Below are positions 47,665 to 57,680 of a stretch of DNA of 64,000 nt, piece by piece. Origin of the DNA: an uncultured Gemmatimonadaceae bacterium (GTDB lineage: Bacteria; Gemmatimonadota; Gemmatimonadetes; Gemmatimonadales; Gemmatimonadaceae); assembly GCA_963781585.1 (NCBI GenBank), contig CAWAGQ010000013.1, positions 160,001-224,000 of the forward strand, given 5' to 3'. The position numbers and the translations under genes are program-made. The notes beneath the pieces were generated by a model. It searched no databases, had not been told where the DNA came from, and was given only the letters and a program-made list of their open reading frames with translations. The stretch's first letter is position 1. The number at the start of each line of letters is the position of its first letter.

Positions 47665-49251
47665 CTAGCGCGGGCGCGCCGCTCTCGTGAGCCGGGGGGT
47701 GCTGGCGGGTGTGCGCCGGTGATGGGTGGCCTGCTCGTACGCGTACGCCAGTCGGATGAGCGTCGCTTCGCTCCAGGGGCGGCCGAAGAACGTCAGGCCG
47801 GCGGGGAGCACGCCGCGCGAGTATCCCATGGGTACGGACATCGCGGGGAACCCGGTGGTGGGTGAGAAGAAGGGCGAGTTGTTGCCGTCGGGCGTGTTGA
47901 GATCGCCGATCAGGCGCGGCGGGTTGCTCCAGGTGGGATAGACGAACGCGTCGAGGTGCTGGTCGTCCATTGTCCGCACGACGGCGTCGGCGAGGGCGCC
48001 GCGGAACGTCTCGCGCGCGCGACAGCCGGGAAGGGTCTCGGGAGCCGAGTCGGCGCGCGCCTCCTGCTCCAGCCGGCGCTGGATGGTGGGATGGAATCGT
48101 CCCGACCGGAGGATCTCGTCGAGCGACTTGAGGGGCGGGCCATCAGCGCCTAACGCGGAGAGATACCGGTTCAGGTCGTACTTGAACTGCGGGCAGCCGC
48201 CGCGCCCGGTGCGCCGCAACGAGTCGAGCGACGGGATCAGTGCGGTGTCGACCACGGTGGCGCCGGCCCGCCGCAGGTCGGCCAGCGCCCGGTCGAAGAT
48301 GGCCATGACCTCGCTGTCGGCGGTGACGGGATTCCACGCCTGCCGCAGCACCCCGATGCGGGCGCCGGCGAGGCCGTGCCGGTCCAGCGATTTCGCGTAA
48401 TCGGGGATCGGGTGGTCGCGGCTCGCGGCCGTGACCGGGTCGTTCGGGTCTTCGCCGGCGACGACCTGGAATACGGCCACCGCATCGGCGACGGTGCGCG
48501 CGATCGGCCCGGCGATGTCCTGCGAGAGGAAGAGCGGCACCACACCGGCGCGGCTGGTGAGGCCCATGGTGGACCGGATGCCGAACAGCGCGTTGTGCGA
48601 CGACGGCCCGCGGATGGAATTCCCGGTGTCGGTGCCCAGGCCCACGGTCCCGAAGCTCGCGGCCACGGCGGCGGCGGTCCCGCCGCTGGAGCCGGCGGTG
48701 ACGCGGTCCAGCGCGTAGGGGTTCTTCGTGTATCCGGGGAGGATGGAGCTCACCGTCTCGTACGGCGAGAACGCGAATTCCGCCATGTTCGATTTGGCGA
48801 GGACGATCGCGCCTGCCTCGCGGATACGGCGGACCTCGAAGGCATCTTCCTTCGGCTGCCACCCCTGGAAGGCCAGCGAGCCTGCGGTGGTCGGCAGGTC
48901 AACCGTCTGGAAGTTGTCCTTGACGATCATGGGGATGCAGTGCAGGGGACCGACGAATCCGCCGGTGCGGAATCGACCGTCGAGCGAGTCGGCGACGTCG
49001 AGCGCGTGGGGATTCACCACGATGAGGGCGTTTATGGCCGGTCCCTTCTTGTCGAAGGCGTCGATGCGCGCGAGGTAGGCGCTCACCAGCTGGCGGCAGG
49101 TGAGGTGGCGCGCCTGCATCGCGGCGTGGATGTCAGCGATCGTGGCTTCGACGACGTTGAACGGAGTCGTCTGGGCCGACGCCGAACGCGCGACGAGCGC
49201 GAGGCATCCGGCCAGTGCCGTGCCGGCGATCAGGAATGGGTGGCGAGGCAT
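47665..49251 (-). CDS. Exported amidase-signature enzyme
   Basis: Signal peptide, VKDN, GSSGG, GTDTGNSIRGP. Confidence 0.9.
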   Translation of the reverse strand: MPRHPFLIAGTALAGCLALVARSASAQTTPFNVVEATIADIHAAMQARHLTCRQLVSAYLARIDAFDKKGPAINALIVVNPHALDVADSLDGRFRTGGFVGPLHCIPMIVKDNFQTVDLPTTAGSLAFQGWQPKEDAFEVRRIREAGAIVLAKSNMAEFAFSPYETVSSILPGYTKNPYALDRVTAGSSGGTAAAVAASFGTVGLGTDTGNSIRGPSSHNALFGIRSTMGLTSRAGVVPLFLSQDIAGPIARTVADAVAVFQVVAGEDPNDPVTAASRDHPIPDYAKSLDRHGLAGARIGVLRQAWNPVTADSEVMAIFDRALADLRRAGATVVDTALIPSLDSLRRTGRGGCPQFKYDLNRYLSALGADGPPLKSLDEILRSGRFHPTIQRRLEQEARADSAPETLPGCRARETFRGALADAVVRTMDDQHLDAFVYPTWSNPPRLIGDLNTPDGNNSPFFSPTTGFPAMSVPMGYSRGVLPAGLTFFGRPWSEATLIRLAYAYEQATHHRRTPASTPRLTRAARPR

Positions 49252-49351
49252 GGCAGGGGAGCGGAGGGATGGTCTACCGTGGCGCGTGCACCCAAGGAGA
49301 GGGGCACCCGGAGGCACGTTGCATTCGGCGACGCCACAATGGAAGGGCGAT

Positions 49352-49420
49352 GCCAGTCATCGATCGACAGCCAGCCGTCCACAGTATTCCGTCAACAGCG
49401 ATCAGCTGATCAGCGATCAG
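49352..49420. repeat. Degenerate TCAG-type heptamer array
   Basis: ...CAACAGC GATCAGC T GATCAGC GATCAGC. Confidence 0.55.
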
Positions 49421-50301
49421 CCGTCGGCGGCCGGCTCCGTGGCGTCGCGCAGCGCATCCCCCAGCACATTCACCGCCACCACGGTGACGAGAATGAGCAG
49501 GCCCGGATAAAGGGCCAGCCACGGCGTGGTCGAGAGATAGCTCTGCGCGTTGCTCAGCATGTTCCCCCAGCTTGCGGCCGGCGGAGAAACGCCGAGTCCG
49601 AGAAAGGACAGCGCCGATTCCATCAGAATCGCCGTTCCGACGCCGAAGGTGGCGCTCACGATCACGCTCGGCAACAGGTGCGGCAGCGCATGACGCAGGA
49701 ACAGCTCACGGGGCCGCGCACCTAACGCGCGAGACGCCTCCACGAACGCCTGCTCGCGGATGGCGAGGAGCTCGCCGCGTACGACCCGGGCCAGTCCCAT
49801 CCACGAGGTGGCGCCGATGGCGATGACGAGCGCGGGAATGCTCGCACCCACGAAGGTCACGGCGGCGATCACCAGGAAGAGCGTGGGGATGGCGAGGGCG
49901 GCATCGGTCAGCCGCATCACCAGGGTGTCGGCACGGCGCCCGGCCAGACCGGCCAGCGCGCCGAGCGTCAGTCCGATCGCCCCGGCGAAGAGGACCGCGG
50001 CGAGTCCGACGGCGAGCGAGACGCGCCCGCCGAACAGCAGCCGGCTGAGGACGTCGCGCCCGCTCTCGTCCGTCCCCAGCAGGTGGGCGGGGCCCGGCGG
50101 GGCGCCCGCGTTCGCGAGATCGAGCGCATTGGGATCAACGTGATACCACCAGGGCCCGGCGAGCGACGCCACGACGAGGACGCCCAGAATTGCCAGCGCC
50201 AGCCGGGCGCGGGAGTCGGCGAACAGCCGACGCCAGGTACCCGGCGGCTCGCGCTCGAGCTGTGGTGGCGCGGCGACCCAGATGGCATCGGCGGCGGTCA
50301 T
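49417..50301 (-). CDS. Peptide/nickel ABC transporter permease (DppC-like)
   Basis: HLLGTDESGRDV, FVEASRALGA, LSFLGLG, SWG. Confidence 0.9.
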   Translation of the reverse strand: MTAADAIWVAAPPQLEREPPGTWRRLFADSRARLALAILGVLVVASLAGPWWYHVDPNALDLANAGAPPGPAHLLGTDESGRDVLSRLLFGGRVSLAVGLAAVLFAGAIGLTLGALAGLAGRRADTLVMRLTDAALAIPTLFLVIAAVTFVGASIPALVIAIGATSWMGLARVVRGELLAIREQAFVEASRALGARPRELFLRHALPHLLPSVIVSATFGVGTAILMESALSFLGLGVSPPAASWGNMLSNAQSYLSTTPWLALYPGLLILVTVVAVNVLGDALRDATEPAADG

Positions 50302-50307
50302 GGGCGC

Positions 50308-51255
50308 TCACTCCAGCCGAATGCGCGGATCGATCCAGAGATACGTGAGATCCACGAGGAGGTTGACTGCTACCACCGCAATCGAGACGAACAGGGTGAT
50401 GGCCATCACGAGCGGGTAATCGCGTCCGAGCGCTGCCTGGACGCCCAGGCGCCCCAGCCCCGGCCAGGCAAAGACGGTTTCGGTAATCGCGGCGCCGCCG
50501 ATCAGGCGGGGGAGCTGAATGCCGAGCACGGTGACGACCGGGACGAGGGAGGCGCGCAGCACGTGCCGCCAGCGCACCGCGCTCTCGCTCGCGCCCTTGG
50601 CGCGGGCCACGCGCACGAAGGGCTGACCAGACACCGTGCGCGCCGACGAGCGCGTGTACCGGAGCAGTTCGGCGGTGGTCACCGCCGCCAGCACCAGCGC
50701 CGGCAGGATCAGATGGCGCAGCCGGTCGGCGAGATTCGCCGCGGCCCCCACCGTCGATGCCCCGCCGGCCGGCAGGACGTGCAGGACGACCGCGAACAGA
50801 AAGATGCAGCCGATGGCCAGCCAGAAGGTGGGTACCGCCATCGCCACGAAAGCGACCCCGCTCACCGCGCGATCGATCCAGCTGCGCGGCCGCGTCGCGC
50901 ACCAGACGCCGAGCGGGAGCGCCAGCACCACGCTCAACGCCAGCGCCGCCCCGGCGAGGAGGGCGGTATTGGGCAGCCGGGCCGTGATCGCCTCCACGTT
51001 AGGCGACTGGTAGAGAAAGCTCTCGCCCAGGTCGCCGCGCGCCAGACGCCCGATCCATCGCGCGTACTGCGTCGGGAGGGGCCGGTCCAGGCCCAGCTGG
51101 CGCTCGATGGCAGCGCGCTCCACGGCCGTGAGCTTGGGGTCGGCGAGCACCGCGGGGCCGCCGGGCGCGAGGTGCACGATGCCGAAGGTGACCGTGCACA
51201 CGACCAGGATCACTGTGAGCGCGTGCAACACGCGCCGGAGCAGAAAGGCAGCCAT
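50308..51255 (-). CDS. Peptide/nickel ABC transporter permease (DppB-like)
   Basis: LGLDRPL..QY, GDLGES, ARAKG, ETVFAWPGLG, DPRIR. Confidence 0.9.
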   Translation of the reverse strand: MAAFLLRRVLHALTVILVVCTVTFGIVHLAPGGPAVLADPKLTAVERAAIERQLGLDRPLPTQYARWIGRLARGDLGESFLYQSPNVEAITARLPNTALLAGAALALSVVLALPLGVWCATRPRSWIDRAVSGVAFVAMAVPTFWLAIGCIFLFAVVLHVLPAGGASTVGAAANLADRLRHLILPALVLAAVTTAELLRYTRSSARTVSGQPFVRVARAKGASESAVRWRHVLRASLVPVVTVLGIQLPRLIGGAAITETVFAWPGLGRLGVQAALGRDYPLVMAITLFVSIAVVAVNLLVDLTYLWIDPRIRLE

Positions 51256-51260
51256 CGATC

Positions 51261-52817
51261 CTACGGCCGGAGCGACAGGCGTTCGCTGTACCGCAGCGCG
51301 TCGCGAAGGCCGAGTCGGGGCAGGCCCTGCAGCCGATCGGTGACCGCCAGGATCTCGCGCGGATAGAACAGCACCAGAACCGGCGGATCGTCCGCCTCGG
51401 CCTCCTGCAGGGCGATGTAGAGACGACGACGCTCCGCGGTGTCGAGCGTGGCGCGGCCGGCCGCCAGCAGGCTGTCGACCTGCGGGTTCGAGTACCGTAC
51501 GTTGTTGTTGTCCTGGCCGGTGGCGTAGAACGAGAACTGATCGGGGTCGGGCGGGGTGGTCCACCAGATCAGGTTGGCGTCGTACTTCCCGGGAATCACG
51601 TAATCCCGCACCACCGTGGCGAACTCCAGTGCCCGGAGCGAAACGTCGAGGCCCACGCGCCGCAAATCCTGCTGTACCGCGAGGGCGGCCTGCTCGCGCG
51701 TCGGATTGCCCTTGTCGACCAGGAGCGTGAACGCGAACGGTTTTCCGCTCGCGTCGTGCAGCACGCCGTCGGCGCCGGCGTGCCAGCCGGCCAGCGCGAG
51801 CAACCCACGCGCCGAGTCGGGGCGATACGGGACATAGGCGAGTGACGAATCGAAATAGGCCGCGAGCGCGACCGGAATCGTTCCCTTGGGGCGATCCGCG
51901 TACCCATGGAGTACACCGCTGACAATCGCGTCGCGGTTCACGGCGTAGGTCATCGCCCGCCTGACGAGTGGCGACTTGAACATCGGACGCATCTGGTTGA
52001 ACGCGACATAGAAATGCTGCACCACGGCGTTCTGCCGCACCGAAATGCCCGGTACTCCCTCGACGCTGGGCAGGTTGGCGGGTTCGATGGGGACGAGATC
52101 CAGCTCGCTGGCGCGAAGCTGCGCGACCTGGGCGTTCAGATCGGGCACGATCTTGAAGATGACGCGGTCGATGGCCGGCCGATCGCCGTAGTACGCCGGG
52201 TTGCGCTCGAGCACGATGGAGGCCCCCGGTGTGGTCGCGACCACCCGGTATGGTCCGGTGCCGATGGGCTTCGAGTGGCTGAAGGAGCCGGGCTGCGTCA
52301 GCGCCCCGCCACCAAAGGCGTGCTCGGGCAGAATGCCGGCGTTGTAACCCAGGAGGGCGAGGAAGGGAGCGAACGGCGAGCGCAGGTGGAAACGCACGGT
52401 GAGCGAGTCCACGACCTCCACGCGCTCCACCGCCGCAAAGTCGGAGCGCAGGCGCGATCCTGAATTGGGGTCGATGATCTCGTCGAACGTGAACTTCACG
52501 TCCTGCGCACTGAAGGGCACGCCGTCGTGCCACTGCACGCCGGGTCGCAACGCAAAGGTCCAGGTGCGGCCGTCGCCGGAATGCGTCCACGACAGCGCGA
52601 GGTCGGGTGCGGGGCGCAGCTGTTCGTCGGGCCTCACCAGGCCGGGGAAGAGGATCTTGTTGATCAGGACCGACCCCAGGTCCGGGGCAAGGACGGGATT
52701 GAAGATCGGGTCGTTGATCAGCGGAATGCGAAGGACGGTCTGCTTCGCGCCGTGCGACCCGGTTCCGCCGCACGCCACCAGCAGCAGGGCGGCCAGCGTT
52801 CGGAGCAGCTGCCTCAC
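51261..52817 (-). CDS. ABC substrate-binding lipoprotein (family 5)
   Basis: Lipobox LVAC, LRPGVQWHDG..FSAQDVKFT, PIGTGPY, VRRAM. Confidence 0.9.
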   Translation of the reverse strand: MRQLLRTLAALLLVACGGTGSHGAKQTVLRIPLINDPIFNPVLAPDLGSVLINKILFPGLVRPDEQLRPAPDLALSWTHSGDGRTWTFALRPGVQWHDGVPFSAQDVKFTFDEIIDPNSGSRLRSDFAAVERVEVVDSLTVRFHLRSPFAPFLALLGYNAGILPEHAFGGGALTQPGSFSHSKPIGTGPYRVVATTPGASIVLERNPAYYGDRPAIDRVIFKIVPDLNAQVAQLRASELDLVPIEPANLPSVEGVPGISVRQNAVVQHFYVAFNQMRPMFKSPLVRRAMTYAVNRDAIVSGVLHGYADRPKGTIPVALAAYFDSSLAYVPYRPDSARGLLALAGWHAGADGVLHDASGKPFAFTLLVDKGNPTREQAALAVQQDLRRVGLDVSLRALEFATVVRDYVIPGKYDANLIWWTTPPDPDQFSFYATGQDNNNVRYSNPQVDSLLAAGRATLDTAERRRLYIALQEAEADDPPVLVLFYPREILAVTDRLQGLPRLGLRDALRYSERLSLRP

Positions 52818-54559
52818 GAGGTCATGGCGTCCCGCACCACCCGCCGAGCGTCGCGCAATGCCGCGACCAGCCGGTTCTGTCCGCGCGTGAGGTGCGCGAC
52901 GAAAAAGCCGACGTCGTCGGGCGCGGCGTTGGGGAGTTCCATCGCTGCGCTGAGATCGGGAAGGGGAGGGATGGGCTCCGCGGGATCGTGGAAGAACTCC
53001 GGACCGCGCGTGTAATTCACCGGCACGAGCAGCCGTGCCAGGCGCCGAATGGCCTGATTGGCACGCCGAACGGCCGTGCTTCCGACGGGCTGGTCCGCGA
53101 GATCCTGCGCGAACTCCCCGAAATCGCGCAGTGCGGCCTGGAGCTCGGTGACGGCGTCGCGTGCCGGCGCGAAGTCGAAGTGGTAGCCGGCAGTGCCCTG
53201 ATACCGGTCGAGCGTGCTCTGAAAGCCCCGAAGTGTTCGCGAGAAATCGAACGGCGCGATGGTCGCGTTGGCCGCTCCCATCACCGCCGCGAGATAGATC
53301 TGTATGTCGCGGTGCAGCACCTCACGGTCGGCGATGGGCATCAGGTCCTCTTCGGTATGCCACTCGATGTTGGCGCCGCACCCGCCCACCGCGTAGTAAC
53401 CGAGCTGCTCGCGCAGCTCATCGGGCATCGTGGAGAGCAGCATGAAGAAGCTGGAGATGCCGATGTTGTTGAACGAGTAGTCACCGGCCTGGTGAGGGCG
53501 TTCGCCGAATGCGTCCTGCCCGGTGACATCGCGGATCACGTCCTGGGCGAACGTCTCGGTCTCCTCCATCCATGAGATGTGGCGGTAGGCGGTGGCCCAC
53601 CGGCATCCGGGCGAGTCGCAGTTGATCTGGGCAACGCAGTTCTCATAGAGGTCGATGGCGAAGCGGTCGGCGAACCAGGTGCTCCCCGCGTAGCGGCCGG
53701 TGGAGTGGCCGGGCCACCAGGCGATCCGGACGCTTCGCTTCAGCGCGGCGCGGTTTTTCCAGAGCACGCGCGCCACCTCGAGCAGTGTCGCGTCGCCGAC
53801 CGCGTTGTCACCGACTCCCACGTCCCAGGAGTCGTAGTGCCCGTGCAGCAGGACGAAGGGATCGGGCTCCTCGGCGCCGGTGATGGTCACCACCGGGATC
53901 GGCGAGCGGAACCATCCTTCCACGACCTGGGTGGAAAGGCTCGCTGACTCGCCGGCACGCGCCAGTTCGATCAGCTTCTGGCCGTCGGGATTGTTGACGG
54001 CGACCACCGCGATCTTCGGTTTGCGCGGCAGGTCACGCAGGTCGGGCGTTCCCCAGATGGTGGTGCAGATGCCCCAGTGCGCGTTCCGTCCGGCGTTGAC
54101 GGCGATCATCCCCAACGCGCCGCGAGCCTCGAAGACCGCGACCTTGCCCGGCATGCCATAGCCTTCGGTGACCACGAACTTGCCGGCCAGGTCGAGGTCG
54201 GCGTCCTCGACCAGATTGCGCGAGAAGAGTTCGTCGGTGCCCCGTGCATAACGAGCCGGGACGTAGGCCAGGGGCGCGGTGCGGCCGCCCGGATAGGCAG
54301 CGCTCATCGCCATCGGTTTGGCGCGAAACGCCGCGCCGCCGGCGTGGACGGTGGCCTTGCCCGGGAGGCTGAGAAAGAGCTCCGGGTCGTGGACCTCGAC
54401 CGGCACGCCGTGCTTCCGCAGGCGGGCAACGATCTCACCGGCCGCGGTTCGCACGTCGTCGGGATGCTCGCGCCGGAGCGTGGAGAAGTGCTCGACGAGG
54501 GACCAGGGCTCGTCGAGGGTGACGTCGGAGAGCGCGGACTTCTGGGCGAGCGAGAGCAT
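52814..54559 (-). CDS. M28-family peptidase with PA domain
   Basis: HGHYDSW, GDNAVG, NCDSPG, WHTEED; no obvious signal peptide. Confidence 0.82.
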   Translation of the reverse strand: MLSLAQKSALSDVTLDEPWSLVEHFSTLRREHPDDVRTAAGEIVARLRKHGVPVEVHDPELFLSLPGKATVHAGGAAFRAKPMAMSAAYPGGRTAPLAYVPARYARGTDELFSRNLVEDADLDLAGKFVVTEGYGMPGKVAVFEARGALGMIAVNAGRNAHWGICTTIWGTPDLRDLPRKPKIAVVAVNNPDGQKLIELARAGESASLSTQVVEGWFRSPIPVVTITGAEEPDPFVLLHGHYDSWDVGVGDNAVGDATLLEVARVLWKNRAALKRSVRIAWWPGHSTGRYAGSTWFADRFAIDLYENCVAQINCDSPGCRWATAYRHISWMEETETFAQDVIRDVTGQDAFGERPHQAGDYSFNNIGISSFFMLLSTMPDELREQLGYYAVGGCGANIEWHTEEDLMPIADREVLHRDIQIYLAAVMGAANATIAPFDFSRTLRGFQSTLDRYQGTAGYHFDFAPARDAVTELQAALRDFGEFAQDLADQPVGSTAVRRANQAIRRLARLLVPVNYTRGPEFFHDPAEPIPPLPDLSAAMELPNAAPDDVGFFVAHLTRGQNRLVAALRDARRVVRDAMTS

Positions 54560-54738
54560 GATGCGGTGAAGTGGTGAGAGAGCGGCCAACCCGGGAGCAC
54601 CAGGGCGCACCTAACGTACGACGGAAATCGGCTCAGGTGGAGACCGGGCCGGGCGCGCGGCGCCAGGGACCGCGGAAGGCCTAGCGCCCGCGGACGCGAC
54701 ATCGCCATGGACGCGACGGTGCCGCAACCGGCGGCTGG

Positions 54739-57003
54739 TCACTTCAGCCGTGCTGACCGGTCGTCCAGTGCGGCGGCCTCGCGGGCTCGCCCCACGCGGC
54801 GGAGAAGATCGGCGTAATCGTGGAGGGTCTCGCGAAGGTCGTCGTTGTTTGGCCCCGGGAACCGGTCGCGGATCGTGAGGGCGCGGTGGTACAGGGCCTC
54901 CGATTCACCGGAGTGGCCCGTGTCGCGCAGGACGCCGGCCAGGGCGTTGAGCGTGATGGCCACGCTTGGATTCCCGCTGGTGAGCACCTGTTCCTTGATC
55001 GCGAGCGCGTGGCGCAGGAGGGGCTCGGCCTCGTTGTAGCGCTTCAGCCTCCAGTAGGTCTCACCGAGGTTGTTGAGGATCTCGGCGAAGCGGGAGTGCG
55101 TCGGCCCCAGCGTCTTCTCGACGATCGGGCGGGCGCGTTCGTAGAGCCGCAGGGCCTCATCGTAGTGCCCGAGTTGCCAGGCCACCGCGCCGAGATTCTG
55201 CAACGTGCCGGCGACGTCGTAGTGATCCGGGCCCAACACGCGCTCCTGAATCTCCAGCGTGCGCTGAAACAGGGGTTGCGCCTGGTCGTAGCGCTGCGTG
55301 GCGTAGAAGACTGCTGCCAGGCCGCGCAGGTCGCGGGCGAAGCGCTGGTCATCGGGGCTGCGCAGCCGCTCGTCGAGGCCGACCACGCGCTGATAGAGCG
55401 ACTCGGCCTCGGCAATCCTCCCCTGTTTGTAGCGCAGCGCCGCCAGTCCGCCGAGAGTCGTGGCGAGGTCAACAGTCTCGGTGCCGCGCGGCGTTTCGCG
55501 AATGGCCAGCGCGCGCTGGTAGAACCCGTCCGCGTCGTCGTAGTTGCCCTTCCCGCGGGCGACGTCGCCTAACGCGGTGAGCGCTTCCGCGACCGCGGGA
55601 TCATTCGGTCCGAGGGCCTGCTCGCGGATGCTGCGGGCCTTCTCGAGCATCTCCCGCGCCGGGTCGAGGAGGCCGAGGGCTTCCTGCACGGTGCCGAGGG
55701 TGTACATGATGCGCGCCTGGAGCACCGGCTGCTGGGCAAGCTCGGTGGTGACGCGGCTGGCGCCCCAGTCGAGGATTTCGCGGGCCGTGAGCGTGTCGCC
55801 ACGCGACTGGCCGGGATCGGCGGTGCGAAACAGGTCGACCAGGAAGTTCGTGACCTGCCTGGCGGCTGCCGCCTCCTGAGCGGCGAGGCGTTCGGCGCGG
55901 GTGGCGCGGACAAAGCCGACCGTGGCCAGGATGGCGCTGGCAATCACGGCCACGCTGACCGCACCGGCGGTGATCACCGCCGCGCGGTGCCGTCGCACGA
56001 ACTTGACGAAGCGATACCGGGCGCTCCTCGGGCGGGCCACCACCGGTTCGTTGGCCAGGTGCCGCCTGAGATCATTGGCCAGCCCGTTGGCGGTCTCGTA
56101 GCGCCGGGTCCGCTCCGGCTCCATCGCCTTCATCACGATCCAATCGAGATCACCCTTGAGCTCGCGCCGCAGTCCGGCGGGCTCGGTTCGTCGCGAGGCC
56201 GCGACGTGGGTCTGCTCATTTCCCAGCGTCTGCAGCATCGCACTGGGCGTAGGCGGCGAGGTGTCACCGGCGGCCAGGCGGGCGAGGAAGGCGTGTACGC
56301 CCAGTTTCGCCGGATCGGTTGGGAGACGGCCCACCAGCAACTCGAAGAGCATCACGCCTAACGAGTAGATGTCGGCGCGGGTGTCGACGTCGACCGCCGC
56401 CGAATCGGCCTGCTCGGGACTCATGTAGGCGGCGGTCCCGATCATCTGGCCGAACTGGGTCACCAGCGTCCGGTCGGTCAGGGGACTGCCGAGCGCCTTG
56501 GCGATGCCGAAATCGATGATCTTGGGCTGCGGCGCGCCGTCCTGTTCGGCGATCAGGACGTTCGACGGCTTCAGGTCGCGATGGATGACGCCCTTCTGAT
56601 GGGCGTGCTGCACCGCCTGACAGACCGCGATGAACAGCTCCACCCGCTGCCGGACGGGAAGCCGGTGTGCGTCGCAGTACTCGGTGATCGGGAGCCCCTT
56701 CACCAGCTCCATGGCGAAGTACGGCTGCCCCGACTCGGTGGAGCCGGCGTGAAGCACCTTGGCGATGGCGGGGTGATTCATGACGGCGAGCGCCTGACGC
56801 TCCGTCTCGAACCGGGCGATCACGTCGCGCTGGTCGCGTCCGGCCCGCACCACCTTGAGCGCCACACGCCGCCGCACGGCCCCGGTCTCCTCGGCCTCGT
56901 ACACAACGCCCATCCCCCCCTCACCCAGCACCTGCAGGATGCGGTACGGGCCGATGCGTTCCGGAAGCGGGTGCAGGCCGCGGGAGACGGTGGTGTCGTT
57001 CAC
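54739..57003 (-). CDS. Hanks-type Ser/Thr kinase with one TM segment and C-terminal TPRs
   Basis: GEGGMG, VALK, HRDLKPSN, DFG, GTAAYMSPEQ, TM, repeated AESLYQRAL/LGPDH units. Confidence 0.92.
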   Translation of the reverse strand: MNDTTVSRGLHPLPERIGPYRILQVLGEGGMGVVYEAEETGAVRRRVALKVVRAGRDQRDVIARFETERQALAVMNHPAIAKVLHAGSTESGQPYFAMELVKGLPITEYCDAHRLPVRQRVELFIAVCQAVQHAHQKGVIHRDLKPSNVLIAEQDGAPQPKIIDFGIAKALGSPLTDRTLVTQFGQMIGTAAYMSPEQADSAAVDVDTRADIYSLGVMLFELLVGRLPTDPAKLGVHAFLARLAAGDTSPPTPSAMLQTLGNEQTHVAASRRTEPAGLRRELKGDLDWIVMKAMEPERTRRYETANGLANDLRRHLANEPVVARPRSARYRFVKFVRRHRAAVITAGAVSVAVIASAILATVGFVRATRAERLAAQEAAAARQVTNFLVDLFRTADPGQSRGDTLTAREILDWGASRVTTELAQQPVLQARIMYTLGTVQEALGLLDPAREMLEKARSIREQALGPNDPAVAEALTALGDVARGKGNYDDADGFYQRALAIRETPRGTETVDLATTLGGLAALRYKQGRIAEAESLYQRVVGLDERLRSPDDQRFARDLRGLAAVFYATQRYDQAQPLFQRTLEIQERVLGPDHYDVAGTLQNLGAVAWQLGHYDEALRLYERARPIVEKTLGPTHSRFAEILNNLGETYWRLKRYNEAEPLLRHALAIKEQVLTSGNPSVAITLNALAGVLRDTGHSGESEALYHRALTIRDRFPGPNNDDLRETLHDYADLLRRVGRAREAAALDDRSARLK

Positions 57004-57068
57004 GTCCCGGCCATCCTGGACTTACGGCGATACGCGCGGACCGCGCGTGTGCGGCTACTCTGTCACCG

Positions 57069-57497
57069 CTAGTCTACCACGATGTCGGGGTCGATGGTAA
57101 CCGTATCCGGAGTGTCACTTCCATTGGGCGCGCAGATTCCCGTGATGGTGTACTTGTGCGGTCCGGCGTCGGCCCCGTCCAGCACAGTGGCCGAGGCCGA
57201 CTGGCCTTTCACCGCCGTATAGGGACCGGCAGGATCGAACTTCCAGGTGATCGGGTCCTTTGCCGCAATGACGATTTGCGCAACGCTGTGCGCATCACTC
57301 TTGAAATTCCACTGCACCGTCTCCGCCTTCTTCCGATGCAACTTCCAGCGGTCGATCTTGAAGTCGACGTTGCCGCTGGAGCACGTGAGATGCACGTTGA
57401 CGTCTCCTCGCGCGAGGGCGGCTGGCCCGCCGGCGCATGAGACGACAACGACCACCACAAAGGCGACACCAGCGACTCGCACACCCACGCCGCGCAT
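57069..57497 (-). CDS. Small beta-rich lipoprotein with C-terminal DP motif
   Basis: Hydrophobic stretch plus VSC lipobox, ETVQW, KYTI, IDPDIVVD. Confidence 0.6.
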   Translation of the reverse strand: MRGVGVRVAGVAFVVVVVVSCAGGPAALARGDVNVHLTCSSGNVDFKIDRWKLHRKKAETVQWNFKSDAHSVAQIVIAAKDPITWKFDPAGPYTAVKGQSASATVLDGADAGPHKYTITGICAPNGSDTPDTVTIDPDIVVD

Positions 57498-57680
57498 AGG
57501 CCACTCCAGGAGGGCTGAAGTCCCTAGATTGGCCCGGCCTGCTGCGACCCGCAAGGTGGCGCACGCTGAATCCCGCGCCGGTGCCCGTCGCGTAGGGAAC
57601 CAGCAGCAACGGATCGGCCACTCCCCGGCTCCAACAGGGCGACCAGTCCGCGTTGCCCGTCGTGCTCACCCTCCGAGTAC

